Below are positions 1-9,790 of a DNA stretch of 64,000 nt, piece after piece. The position numbers were made by a program, and so were the translations under genes. The notes under the pieces were generated by a model. It saw only the letters and a program-made list of their open reading frames with translations, was not told the origin of the DNA and ran no database searches. How positions within the stretch are numbered: the stretch's first letter is position 1; every line of letters begins with the position of its first letter. This DNA is from Candidatus Pacearchaeota archaeon (lineage in GTDB: Archaea > Nanobdellota > Nanobdellia > Pacearchaeales > GW2011-AR1): the NCBI GenBank assembly GCA_038874355.1, contig JAVZCO010000001.1:231637-295636 (forward strand), read 5' to 3'.

Positions 1-1
1 T

Positions 2-301
2 TTAGATTTAGCAAGTATAGCAGCTATATTAACAACAATTGGAACAGGTGTAGATCAACAAATAATTATTATTGATGAAACCAGATCAAAAAAAGAAATT
101 TCCTTTATACAAAAAATAAAAAGAGCACTATTCATTATTTTTGGAGCTTATTTTACTGTCTTGGCATCATTAATCCCATTATACTGGGTTGGCGCAGGAT
201 TATTAAGAGGTTTTGCTTTCACAACAATATTAGGAATAACTATAGGAGTGTTTATAACCAGACCAGCTTTCGCAGAAATTTTAACAAAATTAGAAAAATA
301 A
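2..301 (+). CDS. SecD/SecF-family protein-export membrane protein, C-terminal fragment (5' end cut by window edge)
   Basis: Frame-2 translation ...LDLASIAAILTTIGTGVDQQIIIIDE...RGFAFTTILGITIGVFITRPAF... matches the conserved C-terminal TM region of SecD/SecF. Stop TAA at 299-301. Confidence 0.55.
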   Translation, partial: LDLASIAAILTTIGTGVDQQIIIIDETRSKKEISFIQKIKRALFIIFGAYFTVLASLIPLYWVGAGLLRGFAFTTILGITIGVFITRPAFAEILTKLEK

Positions 302-302
302 A

Positions 303-725
303 ATGTTTCCTTCAAAACATATATTATATAGTTTTATTCTTTGTTTAGTCTTTTATATAATTCTTCCTTATGGAGAAATTTTTCCTTATATTATAATATT
401 TTTGTCTTCTGTTTTGATTGACATAGATCATTATTTTATTTATGTGTATAGAAAAAAAGATTTTTCTTTGCTTAATTCTTGGAGATGGCATATGATGTTA
501 AATAAAAATGAAAAAGAAAGAAATAAAGAAATTCCTTTTTTACATATCTTTCATACTTTTGAATTTATCTTGCTTACATTTATTTTATCTTTTTTCTTTA
601 AGATATTTTTATGGATTTTTTTTGGCTTAATTTTTCATTCTTTTTTAGACTTAAAAGACATGAAAAGAAGAAAACTTTATAATACCAGAGAATACCTTTT
701 AATTAAAGCATTATTGAAGAGATAG
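303..725 (+). CDS. small polytopic membrane protein; possible DUF457-like membrane-bound metal-dependent hydrolase
   Basis: 140 aa, four hydrophobic helices, DIDHYF and HxF motifs. No strong family signature. Confidence 0.3.
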   Translation: MFPSKHILYSFILCLVFYIILPYGEIFPYIIIFLSSVLIDIDHYFIYVYRKKDFSLLNSWRWHMMLNKNEKERNKEIPFLHIFHTFEFILLTFILSFFFKIFLWIFFGLIFHSFLDLKDMKRRKLYNTREYLLIKALLKR

Positions 726-758
726 GTATTTATATATCTCTCTTTTTTTAAAATAAAT

Positions 759-2261
759 ATGGAAAATGAAATCTTAAAAAAGGAAATAATAACAAATACA
801 CGTTGGAATTTTTTTTCTTCATTTTTAAGTAAATTAGGCGCTGTAATTTTTACAATATTAATAGCCAGAATATTACAACCAGAAAAATATGGAATTTATA
901 ATCTTGCTATTTCTTTATCTTTATTTTTTGTAACATTTGCAGATTTAGGAATTAACGCTGTTCTTGTTAAAACATTATCTTATTTATCTTTAAAAAATAA
1001 AAAGAAAATTAAATCTTATTTTAATTATCTTATAAGGCTAAAATTTATTTTAAGTTTGTCATTTTCTTTATTATTAATATTTTTATCTTATCCTTTATCT
1101 AATTTCGTTTTTAATAAACCAAATCTTTATTTGCCTTTATTAATAAGCGGCTTTTATGTTTTTATTTTATCTTTTGAGAATTTTTTTACATCTTTGTTTT
1201 ATGTTATAAAAAAAGTGAAATATATAACAATTAAAGAAACAATATTTCAACTTGGAAGAATATTTTTAGCTTTATTTTTATTTTATTTTATTTTAGAAAA
1301 ATATAGAGTAGAAGGATTGTTTTTTGGCTTAATTTTTATATCTTTATTAATTATAATTTATTCTATTTTTTATCAAAAAAAATTCTTTCCTTATATATTT
1401 GAAAAAGAAAAATATTTCTTAACAATAGAAGAAAAGAAAAAAATAAAAAATTTAATTTTAACTTTAACTATAATAAATATATCTGTAATATTTTTTTCTT
1501 ATATAGATACAATTATGCTTGGAATTTTTGTTACATCAGAATATATCGGTTATTATAGAGCTGCTTTTTCTGTTATTTTTAGTTTAGTTGCTTTATTCTA
1601 TTTTCATTCTTTATTTTTACCTTATTTTACTCAGCTTAAAGAAAAAAAATTAGAAAAAATAATAAATAAACTTTTATACTATTCATTTATTTTAGTTTTT
1701 CCTGTAATCTTTTTAATATTTTTATTTTCAAACTACATTATATATTTATTATTTGGCTATTCTTATTTATCATCTTCTTTAACATTAAAAATATCTGTTT
1801 TATTGATCATAGAATATTTTATAACTCAATTATTATCCTCTCTTTTTACAGCAAAAGATAAACAAAATTTGCTAATTAAACCAATCTTAATATCTACTTT
1901 TATTAATATTTTATTAAATTATATTTTAATAACAAGATTTTTAAGAATTTCTCAGCTTGCTGCAATAAATGGAGCAGCAATAGCAACAATAATAAGCAGA
2001 TATTTTTATCTTTTTTTTGTGCTAAAAATAACAAAAGAAAAACTAAAAATAAATTTAAAATTTAATTTTATTAAGCAACTAATTGCAAGTTTAGTTTCAG
2101 CAATAATTTTATTCTTTATTAAATCAAAAATTGTTGATATGAATTTAATTTATGGACTTCTTTTAGTTATCCTTTATATGATAATTTATGCTTTATTTGT
2201 TTTTATTTTTAAAGTAATAAAAAAAGAAGATATTATGCTTTTATTAAATAAAAAGATATAA
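759..2261 (+). CDS. polysaccharide/oligosaccharide flippase (Wzx-like, MOP superfamily)
   Basis: 500 aa with about 12-14 predicted TM helices and a Wzx-like N-terminus (TRWNFFSSFLSKLGAVIFTILIARIL). Sits in the glycosylation cluster. Confidence 0.55.
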   Translation: MENEILKKEIITNTRWNFFSSFLSKLGAVIFTILIARILQPEKYGIYNLAISLSLFFVTFADLGINAVLVKTLSYLSLKNKKKIKSYFNYLIRLKFILSLSFSLLLIFLSYPLSNFVFNKPNLYLPLLISGFYVFILSFENFFTSLFYVIKKVKYITIKETIFQLGRIFLALFLFYFILEKYRVEGLFFGLIFISLLIIIYSIFYQKKFFPYIFEKEKYFLTIEEKKKIKNLILTLTIINISVIFFSYIDTIMLGIFVTSEYIGYYRAAFSVIFSLVALFYFHSLFLPYFTQLKEKKLEKIINKLLYYSFILVFPVIFLIFLFSNYIIYLLFGYSYLSSSLTLKISVLLIIEYFITQLLSSLFTAKDKQNLLIKPILISTFINILLNYILITRFLRISQLAAINGAAIATIISRYFYLFFVLKITKEKLKINLKFNFIKQLIASLVSAIILFFIKSKIVDMNLIYGLLLVILYMIIYALFVFIFKVIKKEDIMLLLNKKI

Positions 2262-2285
2262 ATATGATGAAAATAGAAAAATAAA

Positions 2286-2936
2286 ATGAAATATAATCAA
2301 TTTTATCACTCTTGTGTTCATAATTACTTAATTAATGATATAGAATATTATTTAATTAGAGCAAAAATCTCTTTTTTGAGATATTTTTCTAATATCCCTT
2401 TAAAGAATAAAAAAATATTAGAATATGGTTGTGGAATGGGTCAAAATATTTTTTTAATAAAAAATCAAGCAAAAGGATATGATATTTCAAAATTTGCTTT
2501 AAAATTTTGTAAACAGAAAGGAATTAAAATAATAAATAATAAAAAATTTATTAAAAATAATTTTTATGATATAATACTTAGTAGTCATGTTCTGGAACAT
2601 TTAGAGAATCCATTAAATAATTTAAAATTCTTAAATAGAAAATTAAAAAAAGGAGGACTTTTAATACTGATAATTCCCTTAGAAAAAAATAATAAATCTT
2701 CTTTAAATCCAGATCTTAAAAATTATCATCTTTACTCCTGGACTTTTAAAACAATTAATAATCTCCTTCATAAAGCAGGTTTCAAAGTTTTAAGAAATGA
2801 AGTTTTTTATGGAACAGCATATCATAAACTCAAATTTTTAGCTAGGATAAGGTTTTTTCTTTACTTATCATTAACTACTTTAATTGGTAGGCTTTTAGGG
2901 AGTTCAGAGCTTAAAATAATCGCAGAAAAGAAATAA
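2286..2936 (+). CDS. class I SAM-dependent methyltransferase
   Basis: Motif I LEYGCGMGQN, acidic motif II (YDISK) and a LSSHVLEHL motif, as in Methyltransf_11/23. Confidence 0.6.
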   Translation: MKYNQFYHSCVHNYLINDIEYYLIRAKISFLRYFSNIPLKNKKILEYGCGMGQNIFLIKNQAKGYDISKFALKFCKQKGIKIINNKKFIKNNFYDIILSSHVLEHLENPLNNLKFLNRKLKKGGLLILIIPLEKNNKSSLNPDLKNYHLYSWTFKTINNLLHKAGFKVLRNEVFYGTAYHKLKFLARIRFFLYLSLTTLIGRLLGSSELKIIAEKK

Positions 2937-3028
2937 AATCTTATATATCTAAAAAAATTTTATTTTCAAAAAAGTCTTTAATATTTTTTAGTAAAAATTA
3001 ATGCTTTTTTAAATTTAAAAATGAAAAA

Positions 3029-3640
3029 TTATTTTCTTCTTATTTTTCTTTTCATCTTTTTATTTAACCACCAAAAGAAACCAAAATTTCTTATAAGTTT
3101 TCTTCCAATTGCTTTATAAAAAGGATAGTCATCATAATAATAAACTATTTCCCCCCACCTTTCTTTAAATTTATTTATTCCAATAAGATTTCCTCTTGGT
3201 TTTATTTGATATCCTCCTAAATCTAATTTTTTATAACCATTCTTTTTACTCCACAATATTAAATTCCAATATAATAAATTATTAGGATGAAAACTTAAAT
3301 ACTCTTTCAATGAAGCATTTCTTGTTAATGTTGGAATGTTATTTTTTATTTTTAGAGTAGCTCCAGCAATTATTTTATTATCTTTTTTACAAACAAATAA
3401 AATGTCCATATTTTCTTTTAAATGCTCAAATGTTTCAACTCTTATTATCTTTTCTTTCAATTCTTTTTCATAGATTTTATAAAATTCTTTCAAATCTTCT
3501 TCTTTATTAGTTTCTTCTACTATTAAATTATTTTTAATTGCCTTTTTTATCCCCCAACGCGCATCTTTATCAAGATTTTTCATTATTTCTTCTTCATTAG
3601 GTGTTAAATCAACAATTACTGTAGCATTAATATCTTTCAT
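3029..3640 (-). CDS. FemAB-like / BioF2-like (Acetyltransf_6) GNAT-fold acyltransferase
   Basis: DKDARWGIKKA ... YYLYGAS-like ... KFKERWG pattern typical of FemAB-family aminoacyl/acetyl transferases. 203 aa. Confidence 0.45.
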   Translation of the reverse strand: MKDINATVIVDLTPNEEEIMKNLDKDARWGIKKAIKNNLIVEETNKEEDLKEFYKIYEKELKEKIIRVETFEHLKENMDILFVCKKDNKIIAGATLKIKNNIPTLTRNASLKEYLSFHPNNLLYWNLILWSKKNGYKKLDLGGYQIKPRGNLIGINKFKERWGEIVYYYDDYPFYKAIGRKLIRNFGFFWWLNKKMKRKIRRK

Positions 3641-3692
3641 ATAAAGTAATGGTCCAATTATATTTATAAATGTTGTTTATCCTATACTTATA

Positions 3693-4316
3693 ATGGATAT
3701 AAAAGAAAGATTTTTAAGAAAAATTACAGAAAGAATATTACCACTCTTCAAAAAACTAAATATACCTTCTGAAATCTTAACTTTATTTAGAATAATTTTT
3801 GCTATTTATGTTTCTATAATTCTCTTGTTAGGTAATCGTATTCTTTCAATTATATCTCTTACAATATACCAATTTATATTCCTATTAGACTATATAGATG
3901 GTAAATTAGCAAGATACCAAAGAAGATTTTCTTTAAGATGGGTAAAAATAGATATTTTATCTCATTATATTATTTCTTCTTTTTTTATTTTATCTATATC
4001 ATTATCATATTTCATAAAAACTAAAAATTTTATTCTACTTTATAGTGGACTTTTTTGTTTTTTATTAATTCTTTCATCTTTTTTTATTGAATTAATAAAT
4101 TTTAAAAAAATAAGATTAAATAATAAACAAAACAAAAATAATAGAACATCATTTCCTTTCTATTCTTTTTTTGGAATAGATAACCCATTCAATATATTTT
4201 ATTTTCTTGTTTTATTAAATTTAATTTCTTTTCTTATAATTTTTTATACTATCCTGTATATATTACTTTTACTTATAAAAATTAAACGAATAACCTTTAT
4301 TTCAAATTATAAATAA
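3693..4316 (+). CDS. CDP-alcohol phosphatidyltransferase family protein
   Basis: DYIDGKLARYQRR... resembles the D-G-x2-A-R...G...D...D signature. Polytopic membrane protein. Confidence 0.5.
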   Translation: MDIKERFLRKITERILPLFKKLNIPSEILTLFRIIFAIYVSIILLLGNRILSIISLTIYQFIFLLDYIDGKLARYQRRFSLRWVKIDILSHYIISSFFILSISLSYFIKTKNFILLYSGLFCFLLILSSFFIELINFKKIRLNNKQNKNNRTSFPFYSFFGIDNPFNIFYFLVLLNLISFLIIFYTILYILLLLIKIKRITFISNYK

Positions 4317-4323
4317 ATTAAAA

Positions 4324-5037
4324 ATGAAATCAAAAAAGAAGATTAAAGAAGAATTAGCAAATCAATATTTTGGAAAAGAAGCCGAAGAATATGATTATGT
4401 TAGAGAAAAAGATCCAAGAAGAAAAGCTGTAATTGAAATACAAAAAGAAATAACATCCTCTTTTTTAAAAGATACTGGGAAAAAAAATATTTTAGATGTA
4501 GCTTGTGGGACAGGTAGATTTTTTGGACTTTATACCCCTAGAGAAATTTATGGTATAGATATTTCTCCGGATATGTTAAAACAAGCGAGAAAAAAGAAAG
4601 GTGTTAAAAAAATTGTAATTGCAGATGCGGAAAAAATTCCCTTTCCAAATAATATGTTTGATGTTGTAATTACTTCTCAATTTATAATGCACACCCCTTT
4701 TTATATGAAAGTTATAAAAGAAATGGTAAGGGTGGCAAAAAAGGGAGGATCTATTATTATTGATTTTCCAAATAAATATTCTTTATCTTACCTTTCCACA
4801 AAAATAAGGTTATTAAAAGGAAAATTGAGATATTATAATCTATTTACAAAAAAACAAATACTTAAAATAGCAAAAGATAATAATCTCGAAATTAAACAAA
4901 TAAGAGGAACGGTTATTTTTTCTCCAATGTTCCTACCAAAATCTTTTACTAAACTTTCAATAAAACTTAATTCATTTTTATTAAAATTATTTCCCGAATT
5001 ATCTTATGTCTATTATGTTCATTTTATAAAAAAATGA
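4324..5037 (+). CDS. class I SAM-dependent methyltransferase
   Basis: Motif I ILDVACGTGRF, motif II IYGIDIS, post-I acidic residue. Stop overlaps the next start (ATGA). Confidence 0.65.
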   Translation: MKSKKKIKEELANQYFGKEAEEYDYVREKDPRRKAVIEIQKEITSSFLKDTGKKNILDVACGTGRFFGLYTPREIYGIDISPDMLKQARKKKGVKKIVIADAEKIPFPNNMFDVVITSQFIMHTPFYMKVIKEMVRVAKKGGSIIIDFPNKYSLSYLSTKIRLLKGKLRYYNLFTKKQILKIAKDNNLEIKQIRGTVIFSPMFLPKSFTKLSIKLNSFLLKLFPELSYVYYVHFIKK

Positions 5038-5801
5038 AAATAATATCTTTTACAATAGATGTTGAACCGGATTTACATTCTAATACTTATAAAGGTATAA
5101 CAGAAGGGATTCCAAAAATTTTAAGCTTATTAAATAAATATAAAATAAAGGCAACTTTTTTTGTTACATGCGATTGTATTGAAAAATATCCAGAAGTGTT
5201 TAAAAAATTAATAAAAGAAGGTCACGAAATTGCTTTACATGGTTATAGACATGTAAGATTTGATGAGTTAACTTATAAAGAAAAAGAAGAAAATATAAAA
5301 AAATCCATAGAATGTTTTAAAAAATATCTTAAAATAAAACCAAAAGGATTCAGAGCACCTCAGCACAGTATAGATAAAGAAACTTTATTCTTATTAAAAA
5401 AATATAAATTTGAATATGATTCAAGTATTACTCCATGGAATTTTTATCATTTATTATTCTTTTGGAAAATAAAATTAAAACTCGTGCATAATTTTAGGAA
5501 AATGAAACCTCATTTTTGGGGAGGATTAAAAGAAATACCTATAAGTTCTTTTATAATGCCCTTTTCTTCAGTGACTTTAAGAATATTGCCAAAATACCTA
5601 TTAATGATTTATTTATTTTTTATATCTATTTATAAAAAACCTATATTTATGATACATTCATGGGATCTAATTAACATTCCTAATTCAAAAATTTATAAAT
5701 TATCCAAAAAAGAAAAGTTTATATCTCAATTAGAAATTTTATTATTATTTTTCTCAAAAAAAAGAAAATTTGTTACATTAAATAATTTACCACCAATCTA
5801 G
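5034..5801 (+). CDS. polysaccharide deacetylase (NodB-homology, CE4-like)
   Basis: ATFFVTCD (TFxxxD motif) and HEIALHGYRH (His-His metal motif), RAPQ motif. Confidence 0.6.
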   Translation: MKIISFTIDVEPDLHSNTYKGITEGIPKILSLLNKYKIKATFFVTCDCIEKYPEVFKKLIKEGHEIALHGYRHVRFDELTYKEKEENIKKSIECFKKYLKIKPKGFRAPQHSIDKETLFLLKKYKFEYDSSITPWNFYHLLFFWKIKLKLVHNFRKMKPHFWGGLKEIPISSFIMPFSSVTLRILPKYLLMIYLFFISIYKKPIFMIHSWDLINIPNSKIYKLSKKEKFISQLEILLLFFSKKRKFVTLNNLPPI

Positions 5802-6815
5802 ACTTGAATCAAATGAGTTATCGCAATTATTACAAAGAGGTATACTAAAATCATTTTTGAGATGTTTATTTCTTATTATTTTTATTTTCTTTTCAATTTC
5901 TCTATAATTATCTTTAAGTAAATTCCCAAATTTAACTTTTGATTCGTAGTCTCTACAACATATTATAACATTACCCTCAACATCTACAGTAATATTTTTC
6001 CATAAAGCTATACAGGGCCATCTTTTGTTTTTGAAAGAAGGTTTTATGATAATTCTTTTATTTTTCAATTGGCCGGCCCAGTCAGATGCTGTATATGCCA
6101 TTACCGAATCAACTTTATCTTCCCAAAAATCTATAACTTTATTAATTTCTTTTTTATTTTCTTTTAATATCATTAAAGAAATATTTGTTAAAGGATAAAT
6201 CTTTTTTAATTCTTTTTTTCTTTTAAGAAAATTTAAAATATTTTTTTTAGTTCTTTCATATTCTAATCCCATAATTTTCTTATATGTTTTTTCTGTACCG
6301 TTTATACTAAAATTTATTTTGTGTAATCTTAATTTAAGTAATCTTTCAGTCACTTCTGAATTTAAAAGAGAAGCGTTAGTATATATATCAATATCAATGC
6401 TAGGATAATTTTCATTTATCCACTTTACTTTTTTGTCCAATTCTTTATCTATTAACGGTTCTCCGAACCCTGTTAATGTTATTAAATTTATTTTTGAATA
6501 AGGTAAAACATTTTTACAAATTTTTACAAATTGTTCTTGCTTCATAATTTTTTGTTTTCTTTTCATATAAATATGAGGACACATAATACATCTTGCATTA
6601 CAAATATTAGTATTTTCTATCTGGAGAATAGAGGGATTTAATTTTTTTCCCTTATTTTTTATTAACGAATTATAAAATAAATTATAAAAAGAAGAATTAA
6701 CTGTAAAAGAAAGAGGAGTTTTTGCTAGTAAAAATTTGATTAACATCCTCCTTAAGTGACCTTTACCAAGATTTCTATAGTATTTTGCTTCTTTTACAAG
6801 ATAAGATAAATACAT
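5787..6815 (-). CDS. radical SAM enzyme with C-terminal SPASM/twitch Cys-rich domain
   Basis: CNARCIMC = Cx3Cx2C radical-SAM cluster site. C-terminal CIALW...CCRDY...CNNCDNS gives extra Cys ligands typical of SPASM. Confidence 0.7.
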   Translation of the reverse strand: MYLSYLVKEAKYYRNLGKGHLRRMLIKFLLAKTPLSFTVNSSFYNLFYNSLIKNKGKKLNPSILQIENTNICNARCIMCPHIYMKRKQKIMKQEQFVKICKNVLPYSKINLITLTGFGEPLIDKELDKKVKWINENYPSIDIDIYTNASLLNSEVTERLLKLRLHKINFSINGTEKTYKKIMGLEYERTKKNILNFLKRKKELKKIYPLTNISLMILKENKKEINKVIDFWEDKVDSVMAYTASDWAGQLKNKRIIIKPSFKNKRWPCIALWKNITVDVEGNVIICCRDYESKVKFGNLLKDNYREIEKKIKIIRNKHLKNDFSIPLCNNCDNSFDSSLDWW

Positions 6816-6867
6816 AAAAATTATATGCTCTAAATATTTTTAAAGATATCTTTTCTTATCTAATAAA

Positions 6868-7983
6868 ATGACAAAAAAGATATTAGAATTATGTGAATTT
6901 TCTTCTGGAATATGTGGAGTATGGACAAGAGTAAAACAAGAATCTTTAGAGCTTGTTAAAAGAGGATATGATGTTTATGTTTTTTCTTCTAATATAGAAA
7001 AAGGAACAAATAAAATAGTTTCTTCTTATGAAGAAGTAGAAGGAATAAAAATATATAGATTTCCTATAAAATTTAGAATAGGAGAAAATGCTTTATTTTG
7101 GGATTTTTTAAAAAAAGGAATAGAGATTTCTCCAGATATAATAATAGCTCACGTATATAGACACCCTCATACAAACCAAGCTTTAAAACTTGCTAAAATA
7201 TTAAAAAAAAGAAAAAATTGTAAAATATTTTTAGTAACTCATGCACCATTCGTTTCTCAAGAAATAAGAGGGCTAAAATTAACATTATTAACAAAAATTT
7301 ATGATTTTTTTTATTCTAAAAACTTGAATAAATTCGATAGAGTAATAACAATAACAAAATGGGAAATTCCACATCTATTAAAATTAGGAACAAAAAAAGA
7401 AAAAATTGTTTATATTCCAAATGGCATACCAAATGAATTTTTTAAAACAAAACCTAATAAATATAAATTTAAGAACATAATTTTTTTAGGAAGAATAGCA
7501 CCTATAAAAAATCTCGAAACTTTATTTAAAGCATTTGAAATTGTTTATAATAAAAATAAAAAAATAAAATTAGAAATAATCGGCCCTATAGAAGAAGGCT
7601 ATAACATTAAAGACAATTTCAAATCAATAAAATTTTTACCTCCAATTTATGATTTAAATCAAAAAATTAAAAAATTAAATTTTTCTGATATTTTTGTATT
7701 GCCAAGCATTAGAGAAGCAATGCCACAAGCATTAATTGAAGCAATGTCTTTGGGAAAAATTGTAATTTCTTCTAAAACAGATGGTGGAAAAGAAATAATT
7801 GAAGATGGAAAAAATGGATTTTTATTTAATATAAGTAATGAAAAAGAACTTTCAGAAAAAATTTTATTTTGTTTAGATAAAAAAAATTCAAAAATAATAG
7901 AAAAAATAAGAAAAAATGCAAGAAAAAAAGCATACGAATTTAATTTAGATAATTTAATTAATAAATTAATAAGTTTATTTTAA
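6868..7983 (+). CDS. glycosyltransferase family 4 (GT-B, group 1)
   Basis: C-terminal EAMPQALIEAMSLGKIVISS (E-x7-E motif) and GFLF motif. Confidence 0.7.
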   Translation: MTKKILELCEFSSGICGVWTRVKQESLELVKRGYDVYVFSSNIEKGTNKIVSSYEEVEGIKIYRFPIKFRIGENALFWDFLKKGIEISPDIIIAHVYRHPHTNQALKLAKILKKRKNCKIFLVTHAPFVSQEIRGLKLTLLTKIYDFFYSKNLNKFDRVITITKWEIPHLLKLGTKKEKIVYIPNGIPNEFFKTKPNKYKFKNIIFLGRIAPIKNLETLFKAFEIVYNKNKKIKLEIIGPIEEGYNIKDNFKSIKFLPPIYDLNQKIKKLNFSDIFVLPSIREAMPQALIEAMSLGKIVISSKTDGGKEIIEDGKNGFLFNISNEKELSEKILFCLDKKNSKIIEKIRKNARKKAYEFNLDNLINKLISLF

Positions 7984-7984
7984 A

Positions 7985-8663
7985 ATGGAAGGATTTGAAG
8001 GAGATGAAGATTGGGAATTAAAAGAACTCCCAAATATAAACACTCTTTTTAAAGGATGGTTTAAAGAAGGAAAAGGAAAACTACTTGAAGCGGGGTTGTG
8101 GCGTAGGAAATTATGTAATTATTTTTTCAAAATATGGTTATAAAGTTACAGGAATTGAAATTTCAAAATCAAGATTAGATATAGCAAGAAAAAATTGTAG
8201 AAAATATAAAGTAAAAGCAAAATTAATTCTCGGAGATATTAAAAAAATGCCTTTTAAAAATGAAAGTTTTGATATTGTTTTTTGCCATGGTGTTGTTGAG
8301 CATTTTCCAGATTCAGAAAAAGGAGTAAGAGAATTATATAGAGTTTTAAAGAAAAATGGGAAAGCAATGATTTCCGTTCCTAATAAGATAACTTTTTTCG
8401 AAATTAACAAATATTTACAAATTTTATTAGGGAAGATACTTCATAAAAAAATATGGAGAGCTGGATATGAAAGAAGTTTTACTAAAAATCAATTTGAAAA
8501 AATTCTTATAAAAGAAGGATTTAAGATTAAAGATTTTTATAAAGTAGAAGTAGGAAAAGGAAGAAAATATCCTTTTGTAGGAATAATATTAAGAATTTTA
8601 GATAAACCTCTTTTATTATTTGATCAAGGAGGGCATTTTATGATTTGGCTTTGTGAAAAATAA
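7985..8663 (+). pseudogene. SAM-dependent methyltransferase disrupted by a +1 frameshift in a G-run (or a sequencing error)
   Basis: ATG at 7985 gives MEGFEGDEDWELKELPNINTLFKGWFKEGKGKLLEAG in frame 2. After the gggg run (~8093-8098) frame 0 continues CGVGNYVIIFSKYGYKVTGIEIS... Removing one G restores a perfect motif I LLEAGCGVGNY. Confidence 0.55.
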
Positions 8664-8857
8664 TTATTCAGATGCATGATTAATTTTAATATCTTTAAAA
8701 CCAATCCCAGTTTCTTCTACAATTTTATTTTTTATAGAAATTCTTTGTTTGTCTAATTCTCTAATTGTTATTGCTCTATCTACAATTTTAGATGAAAATA
8801 TTTCTATAATTTTTTAAAACTACTAAAGTTTAAATATTTTATTTATTTTATAAAATT

Positions 8858-9739
8858 ATGATAAGTATAATTATAACTTCATTTAAAGAACCAAAAACAA
8901 TAGGAAAAGCTATAGAATCTTTTATCAATCAAAAAATAAAAGAAAAATATGAATTAATTGTTTGCGCTCCTGATGAGGAAACATTAAATGTTGCAAGAAA
9001 ATATTCTAAAAAAAATAAAAAGATAAAAATTTTTCAAGATCCTGGAAAAGGAAAGAGTTATGCTTTAAATTTGTTATTGCCAAAAATTAAAGGAAGAATA
9101 ATAATTTTAAGTGACGGAGATGTTTATGTTTCTAGAAATTCTATTAATGAGATTTTAGAAAAATTTGAAGATGATAAAATTGGGTGTGTAACAGGAAGAC
9201 CAATATCTATTAATTCTAAAAATGATTTATTTGGTTATTGGTCTCATGTTTTATTTGATGCTGCTCATAAATTAAGATTAAAAAATTATAAACAAGGAAA
9301 ATTTATAGAATGTTCTGGTTATTTATGGGCATTTAGAAATGGAATTATTAAAGATTTTCCTATTAATGTTAGTGAAGATTCAATTGTGCCAATATTATTT
9401 TGGAAAAAGGGATATAAAATTGCTTATGCTGAAAAAGCAGAGGTTTATGTAAAAAACCCAAATAATTTACATGATTTTATTGAACAGAAAAAAAGAAATA
9501 TTAAAGGACATGAATCTTTATCTTTACATGTAAAAAATCCACCAAGAATGAAAACCTTTTTTTCAGAAATAAAAAATTCTTATTTTTTATTATTTTATCC
9601 AAAAAATTTTAAAGAATTTCTCTTTACTTTAATATTATTTCCTTTAAGATTATATATTTGGTTATTAACTTTCTATCATATAAAAATAAAAAAACAACCT
9701 TATAAAGATGGATGGAAAAGAATAGAGAGTACAAAATAA
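8858..9739 (+). CDS. glycosyltransferase family 2 (GT-A)
   Basis: ISIIITSFKEP N-terminus, LSDGD (DxD) motif and a GT2 fold pattern. Confidence 0.6.
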   Translation: MISIIITSFKEPKTIGKAIESFINQKIKEKYELIVCAPDEETLNVARKYSKKNKKIKIFQDPGKGKSYALNLLLPKIKGRIIILSDGDVYVSRNSINEILEKFEDDKIGCVTGRPISINSKNDLFGYWSHVLFDAAHKLRLKNYKQGKFIECSGYLWAFRNGIIKDFPINVSEDSIVPILFWKKGYKIAYAEKAEVYVKNPNNLHDFIEQKKRNIKGHESLSLHVKNPPRMKTFFSEIKNSYFLLFYPKNFKEFLFTLILFPLRLYIWLLTFYHIKIKKQPYKDGWKRIESTK

Positions 9740-9790
9740 TATATAATAATATGAATAAATCTTTTTAAATAATTCTTTTTTTACTTCTTA

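Noticed and set aside
8138-8410. Antisense ORF inside the frameshifted methyltransferase; similar shadow ORFs at 13274-13714, 19456-19665, 20507-20737, 22091-22285, 22293-22670, 38141-38335, 38611-38901, 40567-40857, 41004-41330, 41773-41979, 42524-42742, 46871-47295, 47064-47285, 49938-50156, 52520-52804, 53828-54082, 54403-54696, 55857-56129, 57390-57575, 58589-58813
   Set aside because: All lie opposite well-supported genes and are low-complexity, as expected from AT-rich shadow frames.
8664-8857. ~49-codon minus-strand open frame (…IEIFSSKIVDRAITIRELDKQRISIKNKIVEETGIGFKDIKINHASE)
   Set aside because: No ATG/GTG/TTG start in frame after the upstream stop, and no recognisable motif; possibly a gene remnant.
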